Positions 19,464-28,809 of a stretch of DNA of 42,456 nt are shown piece by piece; the first letter of the stretch is position 1, and every line of letters begins with the position of its first letter. A program made the position numbers and the translations under genes. This DNA is from a virus. The stretch lies in the UHGV virus genome UHGV-0171500; one strand, 5' to 3'. Below the pieces are notes generated by a model. The model worked only from the letters and a program-made list of their open reading frames with translations. It made no database searches and was not told the DNA's origin.

Positions 19464-19490
19464 AAGCCGGCTTTTTAGTCGGCTTTTTAT
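19464..19490 (+). terminator. Rho-independent terminator
   Basis: AAGCCG-10 nt loop-CGGCTT followed by TTTTT. Confidence 0.6.
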
Positions 19491-19513
19491 TATCCCAGAA
19501 ATGAGGTGGATAT

Positions 19514-21661
19514 ATGGGATTACCTAATCCTAAAAGAAGAAAACCTACTGCTTCGGAAGTTGCAGCATGGGCAAAAAGAATGATTGGCAGAAGAGTTGAT
19601 GTAGATGGTTATTATGGCGCCCAGTGTTGAATCTAGCACCTTTGATGAGTAATCATCATAGCAAACTCCTCTAATTCATGGGAACCCTAAACAAGTTATG
19701 TTGTAGGCAATCATGAGCGAAGCCTATAAATAGGAACGTGCAACGACTAGTCGAAAGACGTACACTCAAGCGAGTGGAAACGGGGAGCAACCTAATAGGT
19801 TGATGATATAGTCTGAACATTCATAGAAATATGAAGAAGGTGACAAGTGGCGATTGTCATCGTAACAAAATTGTGGGATTTACCAAACTACATTTTCAAT
19901 AGATATTGGCATTTCAAAACAACAGGAAATGCGATTGCTATGGCGTGGTATAGATATCCTAAAGGGTTCAAATTCTATAGGAATACTAGAAACTTTGTTC
20001 CGAAACCCGGAGATATGGCTGTATGGGGTACAGGTTCTTTTAATAATGGCACAGGACATACAGCTGTTGTAGTAGGTCCATCTAACAAGAGTTACTTCAC
20101 CAGTGTGGATCAAAATTGGCGAAATGCAAACGGTTATACCGGTTCTCCCGGTTCGTTAGAAAAACACACATACTATGGTATAAGTGGGTTCGTCAGACCT
20201 CCCTACCACGCAGAAACTAAGAAACCATCGAAACCAAGTAGTACACCGTCCAAACCCTCTAATGAAAACACTCCTAAAAACACAAAAGAACAAACGAAAC
20301 CTATAACTAAAGAGGTTACCAAAGTTTCCTATACATCGTTCGCATATGATTTAGACGATGATTTGGAATATATTTATCATTATATGGTTGAAGGGCAAAA
20401 GTTGATAGGGAAAGTAAAAGGTATATATATCAAAGAGAGTACACATATGCGTTCTGTTGAAGAATTGTATTTACAACGTAATAAATATGTGAATGAAGAT
20501 GAATACCCTCATGTATATATAGACCGTGAGCGTGTATGGACACCTAGACCTGATTCAGAAGAAGCACCAGAACATCCAGGTTGGCTTGTTATGGAAGTTT
20601 GCGGAGGACAAACGGATAGCAAACGCCAATTCATGCTCAATCAAATCAGAGCGTTAATCTACGGCGTTTGGTTGCTAAGTTGGAGTAAGGTGAAACTTTC
20701 TGAATCGTCAATCAAAGCAGATCCTAACATATGGCGTTCTATGAAAGATTTAATCAATTACGACTTAATCAAAAATGGTATTCCTGATGAAAGTAAATAT
20801 AAAGAAGTCGAGAAGAAAATTATCGGTTTATATTTGAAAAGAGATAAATTACTTACAGAAACAATTACTACAACAACTACAAAGACAAAGATAAAAATTA
20901 AACCTAAAACTTCGGTCGACAATCCTTCACAGAACGATAAGTCGACAGGTAAAACGACAAACAGAACTTCAAATAAACCTCGTGTAGTTGTAGAGAAAAG
21001 TAAATATACTTTCCAACAAGCGCTTAATGCACAAATGGCTCATGGCATGCCTCAAAAATCTTATAGTTGGGGTTGGGGTAATGCTTCTAGGTCACAAACA
21101 AGTAAGTATATGAATCCTAACACTATATGGAATAGTTCAACTCAACGCTATCAAATGCTAGATTTAGGAAAATATCAAGGTATATCAGTAAGTAAGTTGA
21201 ATAAGATACTTAAAGGTAAAGGCACTTTATCTGGACAAGGTAAAGCTTTTGCAGACGGTTGTAAGAAGTACAATGTAAATGAAATTTACTTAATTGCTCA
21301 CGCTTTCTTAGAAAGTGGATATGGCCGTAGTAACTTTGCTAGTGGGCGCTATGGAATTTATAACTACTTTGGTATTGCAGCATATGATAACAACCCTAAC
21401 GCTTCTATAGCGTATGCCAAACGCCAAGGCTGGACAAGTCCACGTAATGGTATTATAGGTGGTGCTAAGTTCGTTAGGAAACAATACTTTAACAAAGGTA
21501 AAAACACCTTATACAGAATGCGTTGGAATCCTAGTAATCCAGGTCGTATGCAATATGCTACTGCTATCGAATGGTGTAATTTCCAAGCAACAACAATAAA
21601 CAGTTTGTACAAAAAAGTAGGATTAAAAGGTATGTATTATATCAGAGATAAATATAGATAA
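19514..21661 (+). CDS. Virion-associated peptidoglycan hydrolase (CHAP + glucosaminidase/LYZ2), two exons: 19514..19627 and 19874..21661
   Basis: Exon 1 ends ...VDVDGYYGAQC; exon 2 begins WDLPNYIFNRYW..., together an uninterrupted LytA-type CHAP motif; C-terminal YNYFGIAAYDNNP... glucosaminidase domain. Confidence 0.75.
19628..19873 (+). mobile_element. ORF-less group I intron in the CHAP domain of the tail lysin gene
   Basis: In-frame TGA right after Cys codon; P1 exon GUGU pairing with intron GCAC (19636..19639); R-like element AACGACTAGTC (19742..19752) and S-like GATATAGTCT (19810..19819); terminal G at 19873. Confidence 0.7.
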
Positions 21662-21682
21662 ATAATTAGTGAATTTTGATTT

Positions 21683-21715
21683 CAGATCTAATCGATAGTG
21701 GTTAGGTCTTTTTAT
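21683..21715 (+). terminator. Putative terminator after tail lysin
   Basis: AGATCTAA..TTAGGTCT imperfect hairpin followed by TTTTTATTTT. Confidence 0.45.
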
Positions 21716-21739
21716 TTTATTTAAAAAGGAGATATATGT

Positions 21740-22027
21740 ATGAGAAATTTCTTAGGAATAAATTGGCATGTAAGATTTAATAATCCTATAGCTATTATTC
21801 AATTAATTGTAGGTGCATTTATGCCTATTCTTGTTTATTTAGGAATTGATTGGCATTCATTAACTACTTGGGGTGCTGTTGGAGAAGCTTTATTAAAATT
21901 TATTAGCAATCCAATTGCTGTAATAGGTGTGTTGGTAAGTCTATATATGTCGGCAGTAGACGGTACAAGTGCTGGTTTGTCCGATAGTTTAATGGCTCAA
22001 GAATATAAGAAACCTAATAAGGAATAG
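21740..22027 (+). CDS. Holin
   Basis: 95 aa, two predicted TM helices, charged C-terminus, directly upstream of endolysin. Confidence 0.75.
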   Translation: MRNFLGINWHVRFNNPIAIIQLIVGAFMPILVYLGIDWHSLTTWGAVGEALLKFISNPIAVIGVLVSLYMSAVDGTSAGLSDSLMAQEYKKPNKE

Positions 22028-22039
22028 GAGGCCTATAAA

Positions 22040-23764
22040 ATGGCAGAAAAATGGAATGGAGTACCAGTGCGTTACGATTTGTTGCCTATTGGAACACGTC
22101 GTAGTGGAGAAGCATTACACACTAAAAATGGAAAGCCTAGTTTTGCAGTTATTCATGATACTGGGAATCCAAATACTACTGCACAAGATAATGTGAATTA
22201 TTATAAAAATACTTATAATATCGCTTGGAGTATGGTAGCGAGCGCTCATATTTTTGTTGATGACAAAGAAGCAATTATATGTATTCCAGTTACAGAGGTA
22301 GCATGGCACGTTATGTTGAATACTACTATAGATAATCAGTGGTATAATGTTGACGCTGACTATGCGGCATTTGGTGTAGAAGCATGTTACTTCACAGATA
22401 AGAAACGCAGCTTAAAGTCGTTAGATAACGCAGCGCGTATCATGGCTTATCTTACTAAATTTTGGAAGATTAACTATAAAAATGAAATGCCAGGTCATCA
22501 AGACATACAGTATGACAAGCAAGATCCTGGAAACTTATTAGAAGCTTGTGGCTTAGGTCGTAATACGAGTATCTTTGATGGGTATGTAGCTAAATATATT
22601 GACGGCGTTAAAGTTCCCAAAGTTAGCAAGAAGAAAGCCGGAAACAAAGGTAAAAACAAAGAAAAACCTAAATCTAAGCCATCAACAAAAGATTACCAAA
22701 GTGCAATCAATTATATGTATAGCTTGAAAGGTAAGTTTGTTGACTTTGATAATCGTTGGGCATATCAATGTATGGACTTAGCAGTTGATTACGTATATCA
22801 CATAACTAATGGTAAAGTTAGAATGTGGGGTAATGCGAAAGATAGTATCCTCAATATATTCCCTAAAGGTTGGAAGATTGTCAAAAATACACCGGATTAT
22901 GTACCACCAGTTGGAGCAATTGGTGTATGTACGTATGGTATATACCAAAGATACGGTCACATCTATTTAGTTTGGGATAATAGTGGAGGAACTAACACAC
23001 AAACTGTATTAGAACAAAACTTTGATGGTAACGCAGATACACCTGCAAAACTACGTGTTGATAATTTTTATGGAACAACGCATTACATTGTGCCATCATT
23101 TGTTGATGAAGATTATGATGTAAACAAAATCAAAACAGTTACAACTCGCAAGGCTACAAATAAATATAATGGTAAACGAGTACCTAAAAACTTAGTATGG
23201 AGTAAAACACCTCATTATATTGCAAAAGCAGACAGTGCAGGTGTCACTATCTGCAAAGATGTTAAAAACGGATATATGAAGAAAACTAATCTAGTATACA
23301 AAGCAGGTTATAGTCCGTTTTACGTATATGAAGTACGTGAAGGTTGGGCGCGTGTTTATTCTGAAAGTAGTAATTACTGGGTATGGCATGAGCGTTTGAT
23401 CATCACTAAAGAATATAAACACAATGAAACAAGAGATGGCAAAAAAGCAAGTAAGCAAACAAAAGAAATGAAAAAAATAGCAAAGAAATCTAAAAATAAG
23501 CTTTCTATAGGTCAAATACCACCTAAAAAATTAGGTTGGCAACGCAAAAAATACTTTGCAGCACGCGCAGATAGCTTTGGCGCAACTATACTTAATAGGC
23601 ATGGCGGTAAAGGTAATTATTCATGGAATATGACTAATACAACATATGGTAAAGGTCAATTATTCTATGTTTACGAGATTATCGACGGTTGGTGTCGTGT
23701 ACACGGTCCTAGTGATAACTACTGGGTATGGCACGAAAGACTTAGAATTACAAAAGTATATTAA
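22040..23764 (+). CDS. Endolysin: N-terminal amidase_2 (PGRP), central CHAP, two C-terminal SH3b-like repeats
   Basis: AWHVM / GHQD zinc-ligand motifs in N-domain; YQCMD...GHIYLVWD CHAP Cys/His; duplicated FYVYE..GW.RV....NYWVWHERL repeat. Confidence 0.8.
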   Translation: MAEKWNGVPVRYDLLPIGTRRSGEALHTKNGKPSFAVIHDTGNPNTTAQDNVNYYKNTYNIAWSMVASAHIFVDDKEAIICIPVTEVAWHVMLNTTIDNQWYNVDADYAAFGVEACYFTDKKRSLKSLDNAARIMAYLTKFWKINYKNEMPGHQDIQYDKQDPGNLLEACGLGRNTSIFDGYVAKYIDGVKVPKVSKKKAGNKGKNKEKPKSKPSTKDYQSAINYMYSLKGKFVDFDNRWAYQCMDLAVDYVYHITNGKVRMWGNAKDSILNIFPKGWKIVKNTPDYVPPVGAIGVCTYGIYQRYGHIYLVWDNSGGTNTQTVLEQNFDGNADTPAKLRVDNFYGTTHYIVPSFVDEDYDVNKIKTVTTRKATNKYNGKRVPKNLVWSKTPHYIAKADSAGVTICKDVKNGYMKKTNLVYKAGYSPFYVYEVREGWARVYSESSNYWVWHERLIITKEYKHNETRDGKKASKQTKEMKKIAKKSKNKLSIGQIPPKKLGWQRKKYFAARADSFGATILNRHGGKGNYSWNMTNTTYGKGQLFYVYEIIDGWCRVHGPSDNYWVWHERLRITKVY

Positions 23765-23802
23765 ATTATGTGGTATAATACAGGTACCACATCATTATAC
23801 AA

Positions 23803-23832
23803 GGGTAGTCGCTATGACTACCCTCTTTTTTT
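23803..23832 (+). terminator. Rho-independent terminator after endolysin
   Basis: GGGTAGTC-gctat-GACTACCC followed by TCTTTTTTT. Confidence 0.8.
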
Positions 23833-24092
23833 ATTGTATAATAATCTTTGTTCCTGATTTCAAACTAATACTATATTCTAAACTACGTTCTTATGAGCGT
23901 GGTTTTTTGTGTACACGTGTCAAATACGTGTCAAAATAGTTATAACCTTTTAGTTCTATTTAGAAAATAAATCTTTGAAAACACTGTACTTATGGCTATT
24001 TAGTTTTATTTAGAAATTTATTTTTATCCCTCCGTTTCCGTACTATACCGTTGATATGACGGGATTTCGAGAGAGTAAGTGTCAAATAAGTG
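23833..24092. other. attP region with integrase arm-type repeats
   Basis: Paired GTGTCAAA repeats at ~23910..23932 and ~24079..24098 flanking a region with two ~22 bp TTTAGTT(C/T)TATTTAGAAA direct repeats; lies between lysin terminator and int stop. Confidence 0.5.
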
Positions 24093-25142
24093 TCAAGAGA
24101 ATATTTCTCTGACACGTTGACCTTGCTCTTTTTTATGTTCTTCTAATAAATGTGAATACGTGTCTAGCGTTTGTGATATAGTAGCGTGACCTAAACGTTT
24201 ACTTATATACTCGATTGGTATGCCTTTAGATAGTAAGTAAGATGTGTGCGTATGTCTGAGTGAATAGGGAGTTATATTATTATCGTTTAATCCTATCACT
24301 TCTTTTGCTTTTCTAAATGCTTTACTTACTGATGTATGACTAACCGAGAATAGCTTGCCATCAATTCTACGCGGCATTTTAGCTAATTTTGAATTTATGT
24401 GCATGATATCTTTTGAATTAACTTCTACATCACGTTTTGAATTCTTTGTTTTCGTTCCAGGCAAATGAATTATGCCATTCGCTTTGTTTAGATCTTTGTA
24501 AGTCATATTGATGACATCGCTATATCTTGCGCCAGTAATGCCTAATAGATATAGCAAAACATAACTTTCTTCATCTCTTTTCTTAAAATAATCTAGCAAG
24601 TTTAAATAGTCTTTTATCGTAATAAACTTAAATTTCTCATCTTTAGCTTTTTCAGTCCCTTTGATATTTACATTATAAGTAGGGTCTTTCTTCAAATAGC
24701 CATCGTATAACGCGTCTCTAATACATCTAGCAAGACAACCGTGAACTTTTCTTACTGTTTCATCAGTGTGACCTTGTGCGTATTGATTTAAAAACTTTTG
24801 ATACTCACTACGTGTGATATTTTTAACTAACATATTTTCTCCGAAATACTCACTGAATAATTTAATCGATCTTTCATACCAGTAGAATTGTTTGCTAGAC
24901 AACTGTTTCTTGTTCTTAATTTTTATCCAGTCATCGTAGTAGTCAACGAATTTTTTATTATCTTCAATGTTGTTGCCATCTTCTAAATCTCTAATAAATT
25001 GTTGTGCTGCGTTTGTAGCCTCAGCTTTTGTTTTGAATCCAGATTTACGTTTTTTGCCAGATTTCAAACTAGGGTGTTTAACATCGTATTGCCATGATGA
25101 GCTTGTCTTATTTTTGCGTTTTGTTACTGTAAATGTTGCCAT
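24093..25142 (-). CDS. int: Tyrosine integrase
   Basis: 349 aa; LRHTHTS and GHATISQTLDTYSHL catalytic R/H/Y motifs; RBS GGGAGGAA. Confidence 0.9.
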   Translation of the reverse strand: MATFTVTKRKNKTSSSWQYDVKHPSLKSGKKRKSGFKTKAEATNAAQQFIRDLEDGNNIEDNKKFVDYYDDWIKIKNKKQLSSKQFYWYERSIKLFSEYFGENMLVKNITRSEYQKFLNQYAQGHTDETVRKVHGCLARCIRDALYDGYLKKDPTYNVNIKGTEKAKDEKFKFITIKDYLNLLDYFKKRDEESYVLLYLLGITGARYSDVINMTYKDLNKANGIIHLPGTKTKNSKRDVEVNSKDIMHINSKLAKMPRRIDGKLFSVSHTSVSKAFRKAKEVIGLNDNNITPYSLRHTHTSYLLSKGIPIEYISKRLGHATISQTLDTYSHLLEEHKKEQGQRVREIFS

Positions 25143-25167
25143 TTTAAGTGTTCCTCCCTAAAAAAGT

Positions 25168-25196
25168 AAAAAATAATAAGGGTACTAGGTACCCAT
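25168..25196 (-). terminator. Terminator between lipoprotein gene and int (minus strand)
   Basis: Perfect palindrome GGGTAC-TAG-GTACCC followed on the minus strand by a T-rich run. Confidence 0.55.
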
Positions 25197-25199
25197 AAA

Positions 25200-26123
25200 T
25201 TATTGTTGTAATGCTTGTGACTCATTTCTTGCTTTAGTTACGTCTTGTTTGAAACTATCATACGATTGGTTAGGACTAGATAATGCCATACCAGGCCCAC
25301 CACCTATATGTTGATATTTATCCGGATTATTTTGAATGTTTTCTGTAAGTTTTTTAGCATTTAAATATTCTTGGTAACTAGGAGAGTTTGGGTCTTGTTG
25401 TTCGGATTGCTGATTATTACTTTGTGCTGTTTGCACTTGCTTACCTTGCGTACGTTCATTATTACCATTATTGTCTTGTGATTTGCCATTATCATTTTTA
25501 GATGTGCTTTCTGATTCGTTATTCGCAACATCTTTATTACCTTCTTTTGAACTACTAGCAGAATCGTTTGTAATATCATCTGCTGCAGAATAATCTACGG
25601 TCTTTAGTTTACTAATATTTATTTTCTTGGTACCCAGTTTTTTACCCTCTGTGCCTTTAGTAGCTTTAAGTGTCACTTGCTTATCATTTTCTAATTCATA
25701 AGTAATAATACCTTTAGCAGTTTTACCTTTCTTAATTACATCATTGTTGTGTTTGTCCCATTCTTCGAATTTACCAGTATTAGGCGTTGGACCAACTTCA
25801 AGTTTACTTTCAGTATTTTCACTATCTTGTGTAGTCTCCATCGATGCTATCCAAACATTCATTGGTGTGATTTGTTCGTCCCCGTCTTTGCTTTTAACTT
25901 CGTATTTAAAAGCTAATAGTTTCTTACCATTATCCAAATCCTTATCATTAACTAAAAATGTATCTTTTATTTTTAAGACAGCTTGATCTAGGACTAAAGT
26001 ATCATTAGTGAATTGTACTTTGTTTTCATCAACGGACGTCGACTTTTTTGAATCGTTATTGTTGTTACTACATGCCGCTAAAACTAAGAAACAGGATAAT
26101 AAAATAAATAAGACTTTTTTCAT
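25200..26123 (-). CDS. Prophage-encoded secreted lipoprotein (lysogeny-module moron); probable start at MKKVLF
   Basis: Signal peptide MKKVLFILLSCFLVLAAC with lipobox LAAC; RBS GAGGAG; long N/S/Q/D-rich low-complexity C-terminal half; co-oriented with cI. Confidence 0.7.
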   Translation of the reverse strand: MKKVLFILLSCFLVLAACSNNNNDSKKSTSVDENKVQFTNDTLVLDQAVLKIKDTFLVNDKDLDNGKKLLAFKYEVKSKDGDEQITPMNVWIASMETTQDSENTESKLEVGPTPNTGKFEEWDKHNNDVIKKGKTAKGIITYELENDKQVTLKATKGTEGKKLGTKKINISKLKTVDYSAADDITNDSASSSKEGNKDVANNESESTSKNDNGKSQDNNGNNERTQGKQVQTAQSNNQQSEQQDPNSPSYQEYLNAKKLTENIQNNPDKYQHIGGGPGMALSSPNQSYDSFKQDVTKARNESQALQQ

Positions 26124-26178
26124 TTTACATTTCTCCTCTGAATAAATATTTATATTAAAGCGCCACAAAGGACGCTTA

Positions 26179-26790
26179 TTAAAACAGTTTTTGACTTGCT
26201 ACAACTCTACCAATTATTTTAACTTCGTCATCTTCTCCGTAAACTTGAGGTAAATGTTCTGGGTTGTTTGATTCTGGAATTAAGATAATTTGATTCTTGT
26301 TATATCTAACTCGTTTAACAGTAGCGTTATAACCATTAACCATAACGACGCCTAACTGACCATTTTCTACTATAGAATCTTTTTCGACTACAACTACATC
26401 GTTTTCTTGGAAAATTTTATCCATGCTATCGCCAGACACTCTCAAACCAAATTCTTCTTTGTCAGAATTAAGATTTTTAGTAGCGAAGTATATGTAATCA
26501 ACTAAATTTTCTTCACTATAGATAGGTAATCCTGCAGATATTTTTGAAACAACTGGTATCTTTTTGACTGGTAGGGTTTCTAGTTGAGGTTGTTCGATAT
26601 CCATAATTTCCTCTGGTTTAATATTTAACCCTTTACAAATTTTGATGACATTTTCTACCTTAGCATTAAATACTCCTCTTTCTAAAATAGATCTAACAGT
26701 TGTATAAGCTAAACCAATTTCTTTTGAAAAAGCTTTTATACTCCCAGATTTCAATTCCATAAGTCGTTTTAAATCTTTTTCTTTAGTCAT
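26179..26790 (-). CDS. cI-like repressor (XRE HTH + S24 LexA-like autopeptidase)
   Basis: N-terminal HTH; C-terminal GDSM...K Ser/Lys dyad region; divergent from cro. Confidence 0.85.
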   Translation of the reverse strand: MTKEKDLKRLMELKSGSIKAFSKEIGLAYTTVRSILERGVFNAKVENVIKICKGLNIKPEEIMDIEQPQLETLPVKKIPVVSKISAGLPIYSEENLVDYIYFATKNLNSDKEEFGLRVSGDSMDKIFQENDVVVVEKDSIVENGQLGVVMVNGYNATVKRVRYNKNQIILIPESNNPEHLPQVYGEDDEVKIIGRVVASQKLF

Positions 26791-26986
26791 TTTCGTTTAC
26801 CTCATTTCTAATTTGTACCTATATAATACCATGCGAAAAATCGTATATCAAGTAAAAATAAAAATAAAAAATGCGAATTTTAGTGTTGACTAAGTACGAA
26901 AATTCGTATACACTTTAGTTAAGCAATCGGAAAGGTTGCTAAAAATTATAATTTGAAATACGAAAATTCGTATTAGGAGGGGTACT
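26791..26986. promoter_or_regulatory. cI/cro divergent promoter-operator region
   Basis: Palindromic operator TACGAAAATTCGTA at 26897..26910 and 26961..26974 plus variants GCGAAAAATCG (26843) and GCGAATTTTAG (26872); TTGACT -35-like element. Confidence 0.6.
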
Positions 26987-27202
26987 ATGTTGAAGAATTT
27001 CAACGATATTAGAAAAGAGAAAAAAGTATCTCTGGTTGATTTAGCAGACTTATTAGAAGTCAGATACCAAACGGTAGCAGATAAGATAAATGGCGTTTCT
27101 GATTTTAAATTTGGAGAGGCATTACTTATTAAAAATGAATATTTTCCAGAGTATGACATTGAATATCTTTTTGAAAAAGAAAAAGAACACCAAACAACTT
27201 AA
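26987..27202 (+). CDS. Cro-like XRE-family regulator
   Basis: 71 aa HTH protein divergent from repressor. Confidence 0.7.
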   Translation: MLKNFNDIRKEKKVSLVDLADLLEVRYQTVADKINGVSDFKFGEALLIKNEYFPEYDIEYLFEKEKEHQTT

Positions 27203-27214
27203 GGAGGAATTCAA

Positions 27215-27379
27215 ATGAAAGAAGAAAAATTAGATACGATTTTAAAAATAATAGAAGGCATGCCTAAATACGAGTGGGACAGAATTGCACATGAAGTTAG
27301 CAAAGCTTACAGCCATAAGACCGTCAAGGTAGAGCTTGACAGTCATAGCTGTAAAACAATTAGAAAATCACTTAGTTAA
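27215..27379 (+). CDS. Hypothetical 54-aa protein
   Basis: RBS GGAGGAATTCAA-ATG; not in ORF track. Confidence 0.35.
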   Translation: MKEEKLDTILKIIEGMPKYEWDRIAHEVSKAYSHKTVKVELDSHSCKTIRKSLS

Positions 27380-27574
27380 AACTTGAATGAAACTAGGGTG
27401 GATTCGGTAATTCACATTATCAATTTTAATGTTGATGTAGTTGAAATTGAACAAGTTATCGATTTGTTCTTTATACCAAAGGTTTGCATCTGTATATGTG
27501 TTATCAATTACAACATCATTTGATTCAGATAGATTTACCCATTCGCCAAGTAAACAAGCATAAATGTTTTTCAT
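27368..27574 (-). CDS. Hypothetical protein encoded antisense to the early operon (probable start MKNIYACLLGEW)
   Basis: Minus-strand ORF with RBS AGGAGGTGA. Confidence 0.45.
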   Translation of the reverse strand: MKNIYACLLGEWVNLSESNDVVIDNTYTDANLWYKEQIDNLFNFNYINIKIDNVNYRIHPSFIQVLTK

Positions 27575-27623
27575 AAAATCACCTCCTTTTATAAGGAGTA
27601 TAGCAGAAAGGAGCATAAACAAT

Positions 27624-28364
27624 ATGCAAGATTTACAAGTATTTAATTTTGAAAAATTACCAGTAAGAAAAATAGAAGTAGATGGAGAACCATATTTTTT
27701 AGGTAAAGACGTGGCAGAAATATTAGGTTACACAAGATCTGATAATGCAATTAGAAATCATGTTGATGATGAAGATAAGCTGACGCACCAAGTTAGTGCA
27801 TCAGGTCAAAAACGAAACATGGTAATCATCAACGAATCTGGTTTATACAGCTTAATCTTTGACGCTGCTAAACAAAGTAAAAACGAAAGTATTAGAAAGA
27901 AAGCTAAACGTTTTAAACGTTGGGTAACCGAAGACGTTTTACCTACATTAAGAAAAACTGGAACTTATCAAATATCTAATGATCCAATGCAAGCATTAAA
28001 ACTGATGTTTGAAGCAACGGAACAAACCAAAGAAGAAATAGCGACTGTTAAAGCAGATGTTATTGATATCAAAGAAAATCAAAAGCTAGATGCAGGAGAA
28101 TACGGATTGATAACAAAAACAGTTCACCAACGCGTTGCTTATATCAGACAAATTCACGGACTACCTAATAATAAAGAAGTTAACAAACCTTTATATAGAG
28201 ATATTAACAGTAACGTAAATACGATGGCTGGTATTAAAACAAGAACACAATTAAAACAAAAACATTTCGATGACGTAATGAATATGATCACAAATTGGTT
28301 TCCATCTCAATCAACAATCTATGTCATCAAACAATTAGAAATGGACTTTGAAAACGAAGTGTAA
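27624..28364 (+). CDS. Antirepressor (Bro-N/ANT N-terminal domain)
   Basis: MQDLQVFNFEKLPVRKIEVDGEPYFLGKDVAEILGY is a Bro-N signature; probable start at 27624. Confidence 0.7.
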   Translation: MQDLQVFNFEKLPVRKIEVDGEPYFLGKDVAEILGYTRSDNAIRNHVDDEDKLTHQVSASGQKRNMVIINESGLYSLIFDAAKQSKNESIRKKAKRFKRWVTEDVLPTLRKTGTYQISNDPMQALKLMFEATEQTKEEIATVKADVIDIKENQKLDAGEYGLITKTVHQRVAYIRQIHGLPNNKEVNKPLYRDINSNVNTMAGIKTRTQLKQKHFDDVMNMITNWFPSQSTIYVIKQLEMDFENEV

Positions 28365-28376
28365 GGAGTGATAGCA

Positions 28377-28586
28377 ATGGAATACATTGGATTTGCGGAC
28401 GCTATCGAGTTTGTGAAAATAAGTGGAATTTCTAAAAACGATTTAGAAAAGCACGTTTATAGCAATAAAGAGTTCCAAGAGAAATGTATGTTTAGATTTG
28501 GCAAGAATCATAAACGCTACATCAAGATTAGACCGGCAATTGACTTTATAGAACAAAATTTAATGGTGTCAGAAACGGCACTTTAG
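28377..28586 (+). CDS. Hypothetical protein
   Basis: ORF with RBS. Confidence 0.35.
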   Translation: MEYIGFADAIEFVKISGISKNDLEKHVYSNKEFQEKCMFRFGKNHKRYIKIRPAIDFIEQNLMVSETAL

Positions 28587-28599
28587 AGGAGGTTTACCG

Positions 28600-28809
28600 A
28601 TGAACAAACTACAACTCATTAAAATAGCACTCCTAATCGTCATCTTGGCGGAGGAGATTAGAAGTGCTAAGAAGAAAACAATTTTATCTTCTTATTACAA
28701 CCAAATTACTGTTTATAATGCAAAAAATAAACCAGTTGTAACAATTGATAATACTGAGACACCAATAAATATCAATGATAATTATAAAGTGTCGCTGATA
28801 CCTAATTAG
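28600..28809 (+). CDS. Small membrane protein
   Basis: N-terminal TM helix LIKIALLIVILAEEI. Confidence 0.35.
   Translation: MNKLQLIKIALLIVILAEEIRSAKKKTILSSYYNQITVYNAKNKPVVTIDNTETPININDNYKVSLIPN

Noticed and set aside
19514-19630. 38-aa stand-alone gene
   Set aside because: It is exon 1 of the CHAP lysin (ends exactly at the conserved Cys)
23765-24092. Searched lysin-int junction for toxin/virulence cargo (sak/scn/chp/PVL/eta-type)
   Set aside because: Only ~330 nt of non-coding attP present; no cargo ORF
23900-24100. Short direct repeats considered as a CRISPR-like or iteron array
   Set aside because: Only two copies each, located at attP next to int; best explained as integrase arm-type sites
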